Shown: positions 1 to 9,522 of the stretch, one piece after another
How positions within the stretch are numbered: the first letter of the stretch is position 1
How the letters are laid out: every line of letters begins with the position of its first letter
Assembly (NCBI GenBank): GCA_009777355.1
Contig: WRMA01000002.1
Span: 1-55,928 of the forward strand
DNA length: 55,928 nucleotides
Direction: 5' to 3'
DNA from: Oscillospiraceae bacterium
Lineage (GTDB): Bacteria > Bacillota > Clostridia > Oscillospirales > WRJC01
Program-made: the position numbers and the translations under genes
Notes under the pieces: generated by a model
What the model was told of the DNA's origin: nothing
Seen by the model: only the letters and a program-made list of their open reading frames with translations
Database searches by the model: none

Positions 1-7
1 TAAAATA

Positions 8-34
8 CGGGACGTCGAGGACGCCGTCCCCTAC
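8..34 (-). repeat. REP-like module (GC hairpin ending CCCCTAC, i.e. GTAGGGG on the minus strand)
   Basis: The sequence is cgggacgtcgaggacgccgtcccctac. GGGACG pairs with CGTCCC. The same module type and outer flank (TAAAATACGGGACG) recur inverted at 1648-1680. Confidence 0.6.
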
Positions 35-49
35 AGGAGGATTTTACAT

Positions 50-1606
50 ATGAAACGGTTTTTGGCGGTTGTTTTGGCGGTTGCGATGGTGGCCGCGTTT
101 GTGCCGGCGGCGACGGCGGCGACGACAGCTCAGGATGTGGTTGATGCTATAAATAATTTTGCCCAAAACACCGCCAACGGCAACAACTTAACCGATGCTC
201 CCCTTCACGCAGAAGCACTCACGGTCGGCAACACTGTCGAAGTCAGAGGCATTATGATCGATGTGTCGGCGACGCTCACACTCAACATTCCCGTTGGCGT
301 GACGGTCAAATGGCAAGCGACGGAATTTTCGAGCATAGCTAATTACACCGGCACCCTGATAAAAATTACCGGCGGGGGGACGTTTGAGGTCGCGAATGGC
401 GGCAATATCAGTGTGTTGGGCGAAAGGAGCGCGGCGATTATAGCCGATACAGGAAGCAGCAAAGTAAACGTCAGCGGCAATGGCACGGTCAGCGCGGCGG
501 GCAACGGGAGCGCGGCGATTGTCGTCTTATTCGGCGAAGTCAGCGTCAGTGGCAACGGCACGGTCAGCGCGGATGGCGACGGGAGCATGGCGATTTTCGC
601 CAGCAACCAAAGCGCTGTCAACGTCAGCGGCAACGGCACGGTCAGCACGGTGAAAGGCACAGCGATTTCCGCTTTGGCTTATAGCAACGCAACTATCAGC
701 GGCGGCACGGTCAGCGCGGAGGACGGCGGTAAAGCGATTGACGCCACCGCAAGCGACGTCACCATCGACGGCCCTGTAACCATGAGCGGGACAGTTAATG
801 CGGACATAACAATTACAACAGGCGGCACACTCACGGTGCAGGAGGGCAAGACGCTGACGGTTGAAACAGGCGGCACGATAACGAACGAGGGCACGATTGT
901 CAACAACGGCACAATCAACAGCATAATCGGCGGGATTACAGGCAACGAAGTGGAAGGCGGCGGCACGTTGACTTTCTTTGCGCCGCCGCCACCCGAATCA
1001 ACAGAAACATCAGAAACCCCAGAAACATCAGAAATACCTTACTACATATACTTTGAGCCTACCCCGCCCGCCCCACCGGTTTCGGACGCCGACACGCCGT
1101 CGGACTGGGCAAAAGCGGCGGTCGAGGAAGCGCGGACGCTCGGCCTTGTGCCGGAACATTTGGACGGCAGCTGGCGGCGGTGGCTGAACCGCGCCGAGTT
1201 CGCGGCGTTCGCGGTGCTGCTGTACGAATATCTTGACAGCAGGACGATCACGGCGTGGAGCCTCTTCGACGACACGACCGATGTGAATGTGGAGAAACTT
1301 GCAGGTTTGAGCATAGTAAAAGGCGACGGCACGGGCAATTTCAACCCAAACGGCAACTTTTCCCGCGAAATGGCCCTGACGCTTATGTATAATATTATGA
1401 TTAAGTTAGGCCATTACCTTCCGAGCGCCGAGCCGAGCTTCAGCGACGCGGACGACATTTCCCCGTGGGCGCGCGAGGCGATTGGGGCGCTGCAACGCGC
1501 GGGAATAATCAAGGGCGACGGCACCCGTTTCAACGCGCAGGAAATCTTCAGCCGTGAAATGGGTGTTGTGACCATGGCGCAGATTTTGGAGTGGGTGCAA
1601 CCGTAG
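50..1606 (+). CDS. SLH-domain cell-surface protein with Gly/Thr-rich repeats
   Basis: AGGAGG lies about 8 nt upstream of the ATG. There is a signal peptide (MKRFLAVVLAVAMVAAFVPAATA). About 22-aa V(N/S)VSGNGTVSA repeats are followed by a PPPPESTETSETPETSE linker. The C-terminus has SLH-like segments (DWAKAAVEEARTLGLVP, LAGLSIVKGDGTGNFNP, ISPWAREAIGALQRAGIIKGDG). Confidence 0.8.
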   Translation: MKRFLAVVLAVAMVAAFVPAATAATTAQDVVDAINNFAQNTANGNNLTDAPLHAEALTVGNTVEVRGIMIDVSATLTLNIPVGVTVKWQATEFSSIANYTGTLIKITGGGTFEVANGGNISVLGERSAAIIADTGSSKVNVSGNGTVSAAGNGSAAIVVLFGEVSVSGNGTVSADGDGSMAIFASNQSAVNVSGNGTVSTVKGTAISALAYSNATISGGTVSAEDGGKAIDATASDVTIDGPVTMSGTVNADITITTGGTLTVQEGKTLTVETGGTITNEGTIVNNGTINSIIGGITGNEVEGGGTLTFFAPPPPESTETSETPETSEIPYYIYFEPTPPAPPVSDADTPSDWAKAAVEEARTLGLVPEHLDGSWRRWLNRAEFAAFAVLLYEYLDSRTITAWSLFDDTTDVNVEKLAGLSIVKGDGTGNFNPNGNFSREMALTLMYNIMIKLGHYLPSAEPSFSDADDISPWAREAIGALQRAGIIKGDGTRFNAQEIFSREMGVVTMAQILEWVQP

Positions 1607-1674
1607 GGCGCGATGTCCTCATCGCGCCGTGTACCGCCCCCCCATCCGTAGGGGACGCACACCCGGGCGTCCCG
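1603..1674 (+). repeat. Two tandem REP-like modules (GTAGGG + GC hairpin)
   Basis: The modules are GTAGGGCGCGATgtcctcATCGCGCCG (1603-1629) and GTAGGGGACGCacacccgGGCGTCCCG (1648-1674). The TAG stop of the upstream CDS (1604-1606) lies inside the first GTAGGG. Confidence 0.65.
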
Positions 1675-1696
1675 TATTTATTTTGCCATCCACATT

Positions 1697-1728
1697 AAAA
1701 AGCCCCCGCCGGTTGGCAGGGGCTTTTC
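1697..1728. terminator. Bidirectional intrinsic terminator between convergent genes
   Basis: In aaaaAGCCCCcgccggttggcaGGGGCTtttc, a 6-bp GC stem is flanked by an A-run and a T-run. Confidence 0.6.
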
Positions 1729-1759
1729 GGGCTAAAACCAGCAGTTAAGCAATTTTGCT

Positions 1760-2455
1760 TTACACCGTATCGTCGAGCGGCATACCCAGCTTTATGTACA
1801 GCTTGCGGCGCGCGGCGCGGTCGGCGTTCATCTCGCGCGCGGCCCACTTCGCCACGTCGCGGATAAGCTCCGCCGGCACGACGACGACGCCGTCGCCGTC
1901 GGCGACCACCAGATCGCCCGGCGTTACGCATACGCCGTCGCAGTTTATTTTGGTGTTGTGGCTCTCGTACTGGATCCGCGCCTGGTCCATCGGCTGGGCG
2001 ACTTTTGTTGACCAGAACGGGATTTTTTGTGTGATAATCTCGTCGGTGTCGCGCACGCCGCCGAACGCGACGTAGCCCGCCGCGCCGTCCCTGACGCCCT
2101 CCATCGTGTTGTTCGAGCCCATAAGCCCGACGGCGAGGTTGGACATGTCGATGACGGGCAGGTCATATTTCTGTATCTCCTTCATCCACGGGTAGATGCA
2201 GACGTTGTTATAATACCAGTTCGACCATTCGGTATACGCGTCGCCGGTGATGTCGGGGCGCGGCCTGTCATAGGGGATATAGCGCGCCGTTTTGGCAAAC
2301 CCGATGGCGCGCGTCCGCCATAGCGGGCGCATATCCGTACTCATGCTGCCGTAATGGTGGTACCCCATCCAGTCCAGCCCGTCACGTGTGTCCGTTACGC
2401 GCAGCTTGTCGTAAAGGTTAAGTATCTCTTCGCGCTGCGCCTGTGACCATTCCAT
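1760..2455 (-). CDS. RraA-family protein (RraA / HMG-aldolase-like)
   Basis: GSNNTMEGVRDGAAGYVAFGGVRDTDEI and the C-terminal GDLVVADGDGVVVVP resemble RraA-family signatures. The ORF is clean and a GGAGG RBS precedes the start. Confidence 0.6.
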   Translation of the reverse strand: MEWSQAQREEILNLYDKLRVTDTRDGLDWMGYHHYGSMSTDMRPLWRTRAIGFAKTARYIPYDRPRPDITGDAYTEWSNWYYNNVCIYPWMKEIQKYDLPVIDMSNLAVGLMGSNNTMEGVRDGAAGYVAFGGVRDTDEIITQKIPFWSTKVAQPMDQARIQYESHNTKINCDGVCVTPGDLVVADGDGVVVVPAELIRDVAKWAAREMNADRAARRKLYIKLGMPLDDTV

Positions 2456-2555
2456 TATGTACCTCCTAAATTCTCTTCCGTTATAAACGCCGGGTCCGAC
2501 GGCTTCACGGCCTGTTTTTCAACACGCCCGAAAGAGCGTTTTTGTCTTGCGCGTA

Positions 2556-3893
2556 TCAGCCGATAAACTGGAATACAAGCACAATGAGGATGAGGATCGG
2601 CGTTACAAATTTAATAAGCAGCGACCAAGCCTTCTTCAGCTTGAAGCTGTAGCCGGGGGTGCCTTCGATTTCCGCGACCGCGCTCTCCGGCTTCCAGAAC
2701 CAGCCGACTACGACGCACATAAGCAGCCCGCCCAGCGGCAGCAGAATATTGTTGGCGAAGAAGTCCACCGCGTCGAACAGATTCATGCCCGTGCCGAGGA
2801 AATTCTCGCCGGAAAACGGGTTGCCTCCGGCCATGGACAGGGAGTTCGGGATTGCCAGCACGCAGAAGAGTACGCAGAGAAGCGTGACGGAAATCTTACG
2901 GTTCCATTTCCATGTGTCGATGGTGAACGCGCTGCACGCCTCCACCAGCGAGATCGCCGACGTGAGCGCCGCGAACGCCAGCAGCAGGAAGAACGCCGCG
3001 CCTACGAGCGCTCCCAGCGGCATCGCCGCGAACACTCCGGGCAGAGTGATGAACGCGAGACCTGCGCCCGCGCCCGGCTCGCCGCCCATGGCGAACACGG
3101 CGGGGAAAATAGCGAAGCCGGCAAGCAGCGCGATACCCGTATCAAGCCCGGATACGATCAGGGTGTTCTTGGGCAGATCCTCATTCTTTTTGAGATAGCT
3201 GCCATAGGTAATCATCGCGCCCATAGCGAGGCTGAGCGAGAAGAACGCCTGACCCAGCGCCGCCGGTATCGCTCCGAATGTAAAGGCGCTCGGGTTGGCG
3301 AACATAAACCTGAAGCCCCCGCCCGCGCCCGGAAGCGTCACCGAGCGGATAATAACTACAATCAGCAGAACCAGCAGCGCCGGCATCATGAATTTATTCG
3401 CTTTTTCAATGCCGTGTACGCCGAAGATACATACCGCCCATACGATTACCATAAAGACCAGATTCCACAGCACCGGCTGCCATACGCCAAGGCCGAGCCC
3501 GCCCGTGATCAGACCGATAAAGTCGGTCCCCTCGCCCGTGGTCAGGAACGAGAAGAAGTATCTCAGCGCCCAGCCGCCAACGATGCCGTAGTAGGTCATG
3601 ATCAGGAAGGGCGCCAGAATCGCCAGTATGCCGACGAACCCCGAGCCTTTTTGAATCTTTGAGTACGCGGCCACGGGGCTTTGCTGAGTGCTGCGGCCGA
3701 TGGCGAATTCACCGAGCATGACGGGCATACCGAGCAGCACCACGATGATAAGGTAAACTACTAAAAACGGGAACCCGCCGTTGCTGCCCATCATATAAGG
3801 AAAACGCCAGAGATTCCCGACCCCGACGGCCGAACCGGCGGCGGCGAGAATGAAGCCGAAAGATGATTTCCAAGTTCCGCGGTTATTGTCCAT
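2556..3893 (-). CDS. Sodium-dependent transporter, SNF (neurotransmitter:sodium symporter) family
   Basis: The GVGNLWRFPYMMGSNGGFPFL motif is present and the protein is multi-TM. I take the start at internal Met 34 (MDNNRGTWKSS), which is preceded by GGAGGG. The longer track ORF (to 3992) has no RBS. Confidence 0.85.
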   Translation of the reverse strand: MDNNRGTWKSSFGFILAAAGSAVGVGNLWRFPYMMGSNGGFPFLVVYLIIVVLLGMPVMLGEFAIGRSTQQSPVAAYSKIQKGSGFVGILAILAPFLIMTYYGIVGGWALRYFFSFLTTGEGTDFIGLITGGLGLGVWQPVLWNLVFMVIVWAVCIFGVHGIEKANKFMMPALLVLLIVVIIRSVTLPGAGGGFRFMFANPSAFTFGAIPAALGQAFFSLSLAMGAMITYGSYLKKNEDLPKNTLIVSGLDTGIALLAGFAIFPAVFAMGGEPGAGAGLAFITLPGVFAAMPLGALVGAAFFLLLAFAALTSAISLVEACSAFTIDTWKWNRKISVTLLCVLFCVLAIPNSLSMAGGNPFSGENFLGTGMNLFDAVDFFANNILLPLGGLLMCVVVGWFWKPESAVAEIEGTPGYSFKLKKAWSLLIKFVTPILILIVLVFQFIG

Positions 3894-4080
3894 GTTTTTC
3901 CCTCCACTTTTAATTACGGATTTGCCTGGGGCGTGCTGAGAAACAGCGGCTGCGCCTGCGGACCCGATATGTATGCAAGCAGTATAACACATAATTTTCC
4001 GTCTGTCACTACATTTTTATGCGGTTATTACGGCTATTTTCTCATTGACAATACGCTTATGCCTGTTATATATTATAACC

Positions 4081-4968
4081 ATGAAAAATCAAAGGGTATT
4101 TATGCATATCTGCGCGGCGTCCGCCACTGTTCTGTGGGCGCTGGGCTATGTGATGACAAGGGTGGCCGTGCGGCATTTCACGCCCGAGGCGATGGCGTTT
4201 CTCAGGTATTTCGTCGCGGCGGCCGCAATGCTGATATTCGCTTTTATAAAGAGGCTGCGCCTGCCGGCAAAACGCGATATACCGCTGTTTATTCTGGGCG
4301 GCGCCGCCGGCTTTGCCGTTTATGTATACGCGCTGAACATGGGCGCGCGAACACTGACGGCCTCGGTCGTCAGCTTTATCGTAAGCTCGGCGCCGATCAT
4401 CACCGCGCTGCTCGCGCGGATTTTCCTGCGCGAGAGGATGGGCCTTGCCGGCTGGATCGCGGTCATAGCCGCGTTCTCGGGCGTCGGTGTGATCACGTCG
4501 GCCGGCAGTAAAGGACTTTCACTTGACACGGGAGCGGCATGGATTTGCCTGTCCGCTATACTTATAAGCGTATATAATGTTTACCAGAAGAAGCTGCTGC
4601 TGCGGTACACCCCTCTGGAGATCACCACATACTGCATAACGGCGGGGGCGCTGCTCTTGTCCGTGTTCGCGCCGCGGGCATTTCCGCAGCTCGCAAGCGC
4701 GCCGCCGTTTGAGCTTGCCGCGATACTTATACTGGGCGTGTTTTCGGCGGCCGGCGCTTACGCGTGCTGGGCATACGCGCTGAGCAAGGCCGAAAAAACG
4801 AGCGACGTAACAAGCTATATGTTCTTAACGCCGATCATAACCACCTTTATGGGGTTTATCATCATAAACGAGGCTCCGGACGTTTATACATACCTCGGCG
4901 GGTTTATGGTCGTCTGCGGCGTTTTGCTTGTCAATAACAGGAATTGGATCTTCAAACATGAAATATAA
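4081..4968 (+). CDS. EamA/DMT-family transporter
   Basis: The profile is 10-TM-like with two EamA-type halves. The start is uncertain: ATG 4081 has no RBS and sits just after a TTGACA/TATAT promoter-like pair, while ATG 4102 is preceded by AAAGGG. Confidence 0.75.
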   Translation: MKNQRVFMHICAASATVLWALGYVMTRVAVRHFTPEAMAFLRYFVAAAAMLIFAFIKRLRLPAKRDIPLFILGGAAGFAVYVYALNMGARTLTASVVSFIVSSAPIITALLARIFLRERMGLAGWIAVIAAFSGVGVITSAGSKGLSLDTGAAWICLSAILISVYNVYQKKLLLRYTPLEITTYCITAGALLLSVFAPRAFPQLASAPPFELAAILILGVFSAAGAYACWAYALSKAEKTSDVTSYMFLTPIITTFMGFIIINEAPDVYTYLGGFMVVCGVLLVNNRNWIFKHEI

Positions 4969-4995
4969 GCGTTACGGCGCGCGCCGGGTCAAAAA

Positions 4996-5030
4996 GGGCA
5001 GACACGGTCAAGCGTCTGCCCGTTATTCTT
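4996..5030 (+). terminator. Intrinsic terminator after the EamA gene
   Basis: GGGCAGACacggtcaagcGTCTGCCC is followed by gttattctt. Confidence 0.55.
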
Positions 5031-5071
5031 GATATGCTATAATTAGAAACACAAGAAAAGGGGAAATAGCA

Positions 5072-6169
5072 ATGCAAAGGACACTCAGCGGCACGACACT
5101 GTACTTTAAGACCTTAATGCCGGAGGATATACCCGGGATATATCCGCTGAAACCGGCGCTTAAAAGCATCGGGGACGACGAGAGCATAAGAAGCGGCGTT
5201 CTCGCGTTCAGAGATTTTCTGCGTGTGTTTTACGACCGCCTGATCGCCGACGGCGGCTTGTATGACAAGCCTCCGAAGCAGCCGGAGAGCGGGGGCCATC
5301 CCGGCCCGCCTAACTATCCGTTTCTGACCAATGCAAAAAGCGTATTGGTAAACATCGGGTATCATGGCGAGCTTGCCGGTAACGGCGCTTCCCTGTCACT
5401 CGGCGGCTGGCAGCCGCTTACCTCCATCATAAGCTCGGAGGGCAGATACTTAAAGGCAAAAATCTCCGTTCCCAAGTTGATTGAAGCCCTGCGGTTCCTG
5501 ACCTATTGCGGCGTTTGCTTTGAGGGGATAGACTTAGACGCGGGAAAGCCCGGCATGTCAAATGTCACATCGCTGAACGTGTCGTATCCCGATAACCCCG
5601 CTATGCTGACGGGCTTGAAGGTCATGTCGGTTGCCCAGAAGGATTTTCATGTCAGGGGCAATGACTACGCGTTTCTGCGCTGCGATTACAGGGCGCTGGG
5701 CGACGGGGATATAGACGCCGATTCTCTTTTTGACGATTTCGGCCGTCTGCTGTCCGTAAAGACGCGGGCTTTCGCCAGCGGCCTGCGGCGGCGTTATCTC
5801 GACAGGGGGCTGACATGCAGAGCGGAAATGAGGGGGATGTGCCTCAGATTTATCTTTTCGCTTAAAAACAAGGAGCTTTGGACGTTTTCGGCGTCGCCGG
5901 ACGGCGGCTGCCTCATTTATATCAAGGCGCAAAACACCCGCCTATATGACGGGGAGATTGAGAGTTTCCCGCCGCCTTTACGGGAGCTTATCGCCAAGGG
6001 CTACGGCTGCGAAAGAAAACGGTTCGGCGAGCCATGCCAGAAGGGCTGTCACGGCTTCAAGGTCCCTTTGGATGATTCCGCGCCCGATATAAGCCGGTAT
6101 ATAGAAATCTGGCTGGATAAAGAGCTGGAATGTTTACAGCGCCGCTCGCGCACTAAAGCAGCGGAATAA
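5072..6169 (+). CDS. Hypothetical protein (365 aa), Cys-containing C-terminus
   Basis: The ORF is long, has an AAAGGGGA RBS, and has no competing ORF that looks coding. I recognise no family. Confidence 0.5.
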   Translation: MQRTLSGTTLYFKTLMPEDIPGIYPLKPALKSIGDDESIRSGVLAFRDFLRVFYDRLIADGGLYDKPPKQPESGGHPGPPNYPFLTNAKSVLVNIGYHGELAGNGASLSLGGWQPLTSIISSEGRYLKAKISVPKLIEALRFLTYCGVCFEGIDLDAGKPGMSNVTSLNVSYPDNPAMLTGLKVMSVAQKDFHVRGNDYAFLRCDYRALGDGDIDADSLFDDFGRLLSVKTRAFASGLRRRYLDRGLTCRAEMRGMCLRFIFSLKNKELWTFSASPDGGCLIYIKAQNTRLYDGEIESFPPPLRELIAKGYGCERKRFGEPCQKGCHGFKVPLDDSAPDISRYIEIWLDKELECLQRRSRTKAAE

Positions 6170-6184
6170 ACCGAGGTATATGAC

Positions 6185-7102
6185 ATGCACGCTTGGGAGG
6201 CTATACAGAAAACCCTGAACCATATCGAGGAGCGTATCGGCGAGGAAATCCCTATTGAAACGCTGGCGGAAATCGCCGCGCTGTCGCCGTTTTATTACCA
6301 GCGGCTGTTCACGCGGCTGGTGAAAAGACCGGTGCGGGAGTATATCAAGCTGCGGCGGCTGGCCGTCGCCTGCCGCGCGCTGCGCGACAAGAAAAACCGC
6401 ATACTCGACATCGCAATTGAATACGGGTTCGGCAGCCACGAAACCTTTACGCGGGCGTTTAAGGACACATACGGCATAACCCCCGCGCGTTACAGGGACA
6501 CGCCTGTCAGCCTTAGCCATTTCGACAAGCCCGATCTGCTGCTCAACTATGTCATGATAGACGAGGGCGTGCCGCTGATCAGCGACGGGCTGGTGCTGGA
6601 GATGAACCGGAAATCCGTTGAAGCGCCGGTCGATTTTCTCGGCGCGGAGGGGCATTTCCCCTTTGAGCGGGGCAAGATGCTCGGCGAGAGGCCCGGGGTC
6701 GATATGCCCCACAAGGTTTGGAGCATGTTTATAAGTATTCTGAATGACATCCCGAAAATCCCCGGCGGGCGGCATATCGGCGTCTGCTACCGCGGCACGG
6801 CGCCGGAGGGCCACACCACCTATTTTGCCGGAGCGGAGGTTGAGCGGGACGTGAAAAGCCCGCGGTTCGCAAGCTGGCGGATCCCGGTAAGGGAGTACGT
6901 CGTGTGCGGGTTTGAGGCTGAAAACTTTGAGCAGCTGACGGCCTCCGCCCTGGGCAAGGCGATGAAGTACACGCGGTTCTGGCTGAAGAAGCACGGTCTG
7001 ATCGCGGACGGATTTTTTCAGACCATATATTATCAGGACTCGCCGGAGAACACCTATATAGAGCTGTGGATTCCGTTCAGGCAGCGGGAAAATAATATTT
7101 AG
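6185..7102 (+). CDS. AraC-family transcriptional regulator with GyrI-like effector domain
   Basis: There is an N-terminal double HTH (LAEIAALSPFYYQRLFTRLVKRPVREYIKLRRL ... IAIEYGFGSHETFTRAFKDTYGITPARYR). The C-terminal half of about 180 aa is typical of GyrI-like small-molecule-binding domains. Confidence 0.85.
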   Translation: MHAWEAIQKTLNHIEERIGEEIPIETLAEIAALSPFYYQRLFTRLVKRPVREYIKLRRLAVACRALRDKKNRILDIAIEYGFGSHETFTRAFKDTYGITPARYRDTPVSLSHFDKPDLLLNYVMIDEGVPLISDGLVLEMNRKSVEAPVDFLGAEGHFPFERGKMLGERPGVDMPHKVWSMFISILNDIPKIPGGRHIGVCYRGTAPEGHTTYFAGAEVERDVKSPRFASWRIPVREYVVCGFEAENFEQLTASALGKAMKYTRFWLKKHGLIADGFFQTIYYQDSPENTYIELWIPFRQRENNI

Positions 7103-7114
7103 GGGGCACGGAAA

Positions 7115-7657
7115 ATGAAAGCTATGTTAAGCGCTATGAAAAAACAAAAAAACGGGATTCCCGGGGAGCTGATACCTCTGTTTGAACACATTGTTCAGAC
7201 AAGCGATGGGGATGAGTGTGAAGCAGAATTTATGAAAGCGATGGGCGAGCATCTCACAAGGGATCAGCGTTTCCGGCTGTACGAGCAAAACGGGGCTTGC
7301 AGCGGCACGGGGGCCGACAAAGAGCGCAGGGCCTTCGCGCTTGAACACGCCGATAAGCCCCTCGCCGAAAGGCTGGAGCTATTTTGCAAAGACTTCGGCA
7401 GAAGAGCCGTTTTGAACGGCGGCAACACGATTACGGTCACGTTTGCCTGTACCCACGGGTACTATAAGCACGCGCCCAAGGGGAAGTTCCGGCACACGGA
7501 GCAGCTTGAAACGTATTTTGAAAGATGCGCGGGCGGGCGTTTGTATGAGCTTCAAAAGGCGTTGGGAGTCAACCTGAAAATCAAGTCGGTCGATATATCT
7601 CCTCTCAGCGAAAACATTGTTAACCCCGTGGTATTTATATTTGAGATAGTTGATTAA
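7115..7657 (+). CDS. Hypothetical protein (180 aa)
   Basis: The ORF lies immediately downstream of the AraC gene. I recognise no family. Confidence 0.45.
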   Translation: MKAMLSAMKKQKNGIPGELIPLFEHIVQTSDGDECEAEFMKAMGEHLTRDQRFRLYEQNGACSGTGADKERRAFALEHADKPLAERLELFCKDFGRRAVLNGGNTITVTFACTHGYYKHAPKGKFRHTEQLETYFERCAGGRLYELQKALGVNLKIKSVDISPLSENIVNPVVFIFEIVD

Positions 7658-7692
7658 ACCATAAAATAAAAAAACAAAAGGAGTAGTAAAAA

Positions 7693-8163
7693 ATGAGCAA
7701 GTACGACAACGCGGCGGCACTAATGAAAGAGCGCTTCGGCAAAGACAATCTTATCGCGGTGGCGACAACAGACGGGGCGCGTTTGCACAACCGCATAGTT
7801 GACGCCTATTACGAGGACGGCGCGTTCTACATTACCACCCACGCGCTCTCAAACAAGATGAAGCAAATAGAGGCGCATCCCGAAGTCGCCGTCTGTGCCG
7901 TTGACTGGTTTTCCGGACACGGCGCCGGACGGAACCGCGGCTGGGTATTAGACCCGGCAAACGCTGAGATAAGGCTGAAGCTGCGCGAGGCATTTTCCGA
8001 ATGGTATGACCACGCAAATAACGAGCAGGACAAGAACTGCTGTATTCTTGAAATTCGCCTTACAGACGGCATGTTAATAAAAGATCATAATGCCATACGC
8101 TATCAAATTGATTTCACGGATAAATCAGCTCTGCTGAGCGAGAACTGGGGAGAGTTTAAGTAA
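7693..8163 (+). CDS. Pyridoxamine 5'-phosphate oxidase-like (FMN-binding split barrel) family protein
   Basis: It is about 156 aa, and LIAVATTDG...AFYITTHALSNKMKQIEAHPEVAV resembles the general-stress-protein-26/PNPOx-like family. A GGAG RBS is present. Confidence 0.6.
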   Translation: MSKYDNAAALMKERFGKDNLIAVATTDGARLHNRIVDAYYEDGAFYITTHALSNKMKQIEAHPEVAVCAVDWFSGHGAGRNRGWVLDPANAEIRLKLREAFSEWYDHANNEQDKNCCILEIRLTDGMLIKDHNAIRYQIDFTDKSALLSENWGEFK

Positions 8164-8201
8164 CTTCACTATCAATGAGCATAAGATTGATTCCGTGAAT
8201 A

Positions 8202-8235
8202 AAACGGCGGGGGTTCCCCGCCGTTTATATTTTTA
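8202..8235. terminator. Bidirectional intrinsic terminator
   Basis: In aaaCGGCGGGGgttCCCCGCCGttt, an 8-bp GC stem with A/T extensions is followed by atatttttatt. It lies between convergent genes. Confidence 0.7.
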
Positions 8236-8264
8236 TTCTTTGATTCCCCAAACTATGGGTATCG

Positions 8265-8510
8265 TCACCTCAAAAACAGGAACAGCACCAGCGCGATACC
8301 GGCGGCGAACACCGCCAGATACGGCAGTATCAGGCTGAATATAGCGATGGTCATGGCGACAATGTCCTTGACAGTGACGCGAACCTCGCCCGCGCGGACA
8401 GCCTCGCGCATCTCGCGCTCGCGCTTTTCCTCTTCCTCAAACTGCTCAGGCGAAAGATTGGCGCGGCGGATACGCTCCAGATCCTCCTCAACACGGCGGT
8501 TATTGAACAT
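8265..8510 (-). CDS. Small tail-anchored membrane protein (81 aa)
   Basis: It starts 4 nt after the oppF stop. The N-half is charged and there is a C-terminal TM segment (IVAMTIAIFSLILPYLAVFAAGIALVLFLFL). Confidence 0.4.
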   Translation of the reverse strand: MFNNRRVEEDLERIRRANLSPEQFEEEEKREREMREAVRAGEVRVTVKDIVAMTIAIFSLILPYLAVFAAGIALVLFLFLR

Positions 8511-8514
8511 GGCG

Positions 8515-9522
8515 CTATAACAGCCCGTGGGCCTTGTGGCACATCACAAAATGCCCGGGCTCCAGCTCTTTGTTCTCCGGCACTATCTCCTTGCACATAT
8601 CCTTGGCGAACGGGCAGCGGGTGTGGAAGCGGCAGCCCGGAGGCGGGTTGGCCGGCGAGGGAACATCGCCCTCCATGATGATACGTTTCTTGTTGTTCCG
8701 CGCCTTGGGGTCAAAGGATGGTGCGGCGGACAGCAGCGCCTCGGTATACGGATGCGCGGGATTCTCAAATATCTGCTGCTTGCCGCCGTATTCCACGATC
8801 TGGCCCAGATACATAACGCCAACGTCGTCGCTTATAAACTTGACCACCGAGAGATCATGCGATATGAACAGATAAGTAAGCCCCATCTCGTCCTGCATAT
8901 CCTTGAGCAGGTTGATTATCTGTGACTGTATGGACACATCCAGCGCCGAAACGGCCTCGTCGCACACCACAAACTCAGGGTTGACCGCCAGCGCGCGGGC
9001 GATGCAGATACGCTGGCGCTGGCCGCCGGAGAACTGATGCGGGTACCGCGACGCCTGTTCGGGGAACAGCCCGCATTTCCCGATCACCTCTATAACGCGT
9101 TCGTTCATGTCGCGCCTGCCGGAGGCTATCCCGTGCTGAAGCATGGCCTCGCCGACAATCTCGCGCACAGGAAGGCGCGGGTTAAGCGAGCTGTACGGGT
9201 CCTGAAATATAATCTGCATCTGTGTGCGCAGGCGCTGAAGCTGCCGCTTGTCGGCCTTGAAAACGTCGTTTCCGGCAAAGCTGACTTCGCCGGCGGTGGG
9301 CTCCAGCAGACGGAGCAGCACGCGTCCGGTGGTGGACTTCCCGCAGCCGGACTCGCCGACCAGCCCCATCGTCTTGCCTCTCTTGACGGTGAAGGATACG
9401 TCGTCCACGGCCTTGACATGCCCCACTGTCTTGTGGAACACGCCCGCCTGTATCGGAAAATACTTGGTAAGCCCTTTGACCTCCAGCAGGGTTTCCTGTT
9501 TTACAGCCGTGTTATTCATCAC
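8515..9522 (-). CDS. oppF: Oligopeptide/dipeptide ABC transporter ATP-binding protein
   Basis: It has Walker A GESGCGKST, the signature FSGGQRQR, Walker B VVCDEAVSALD, and a C-terminal oligopeptide-type extension. Confidence 0.9.
   Translation of the reverse strand: MMNNTAVKQETLLEVKGLTKYFPIQAGVFHKTVGHVKAVDDVSFTVKRGKTMGLVGESGCGKSTTGRVLLRLLEPTAGEVSFAGNDVFKADKRQLQRLRTQMQIIFQDPYSSLNPRLPVREIVGEAMLQHGIASGRRDMNERVIEVIGKCGLFPEQASRYPHQFSGGQRQRICIARALAVNPEFVVCDEAVSALDVSIQSQIINLLKDMQDEMGLTYLFISHDLSVVKFISDDVGVMYLGQIVEYGGKQQIFENPAHPYTEALLSAAPSFDPKARNNKKRIIMEGDVPSPANPPPGCRFHTRCPFAKDMCKEIVPENKELEPGHFVMCHKAHGLL

Noticed and set aside
2547-3662. 371-aa plus-strand ORF antisense to the SNF transporter. Similar long antisense ORFs occur at 6134-6994, 9561-11081, 10826-11464, 11415-12038, 12627-14108, 14624-15367, 15985-16809, 17693-18118, 18179-18796, 49906-50688 and elsewhere.
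   Set aside because: The opposite strand carries unmistakable family signatures in each case. These ORFs are Arg/Gly/His-rich and low in complexity, as expected from stop-codon depletion in GC-rich antisense frames. None has an RBS.
2556-3992. N-terminal extensions proposed by the ORF track (2556-3992, 11451-12536, 34078-35571, 32302-33897, 26952-27605, 40838-41542, 43986-45002, 39123-39605).
   Set aside because: In each case an internal start has a properly spaced GGAGG-type SD and matches the usual family N-terminus. The extension has odd composition or runs into a promoter or a neighbouring gene.
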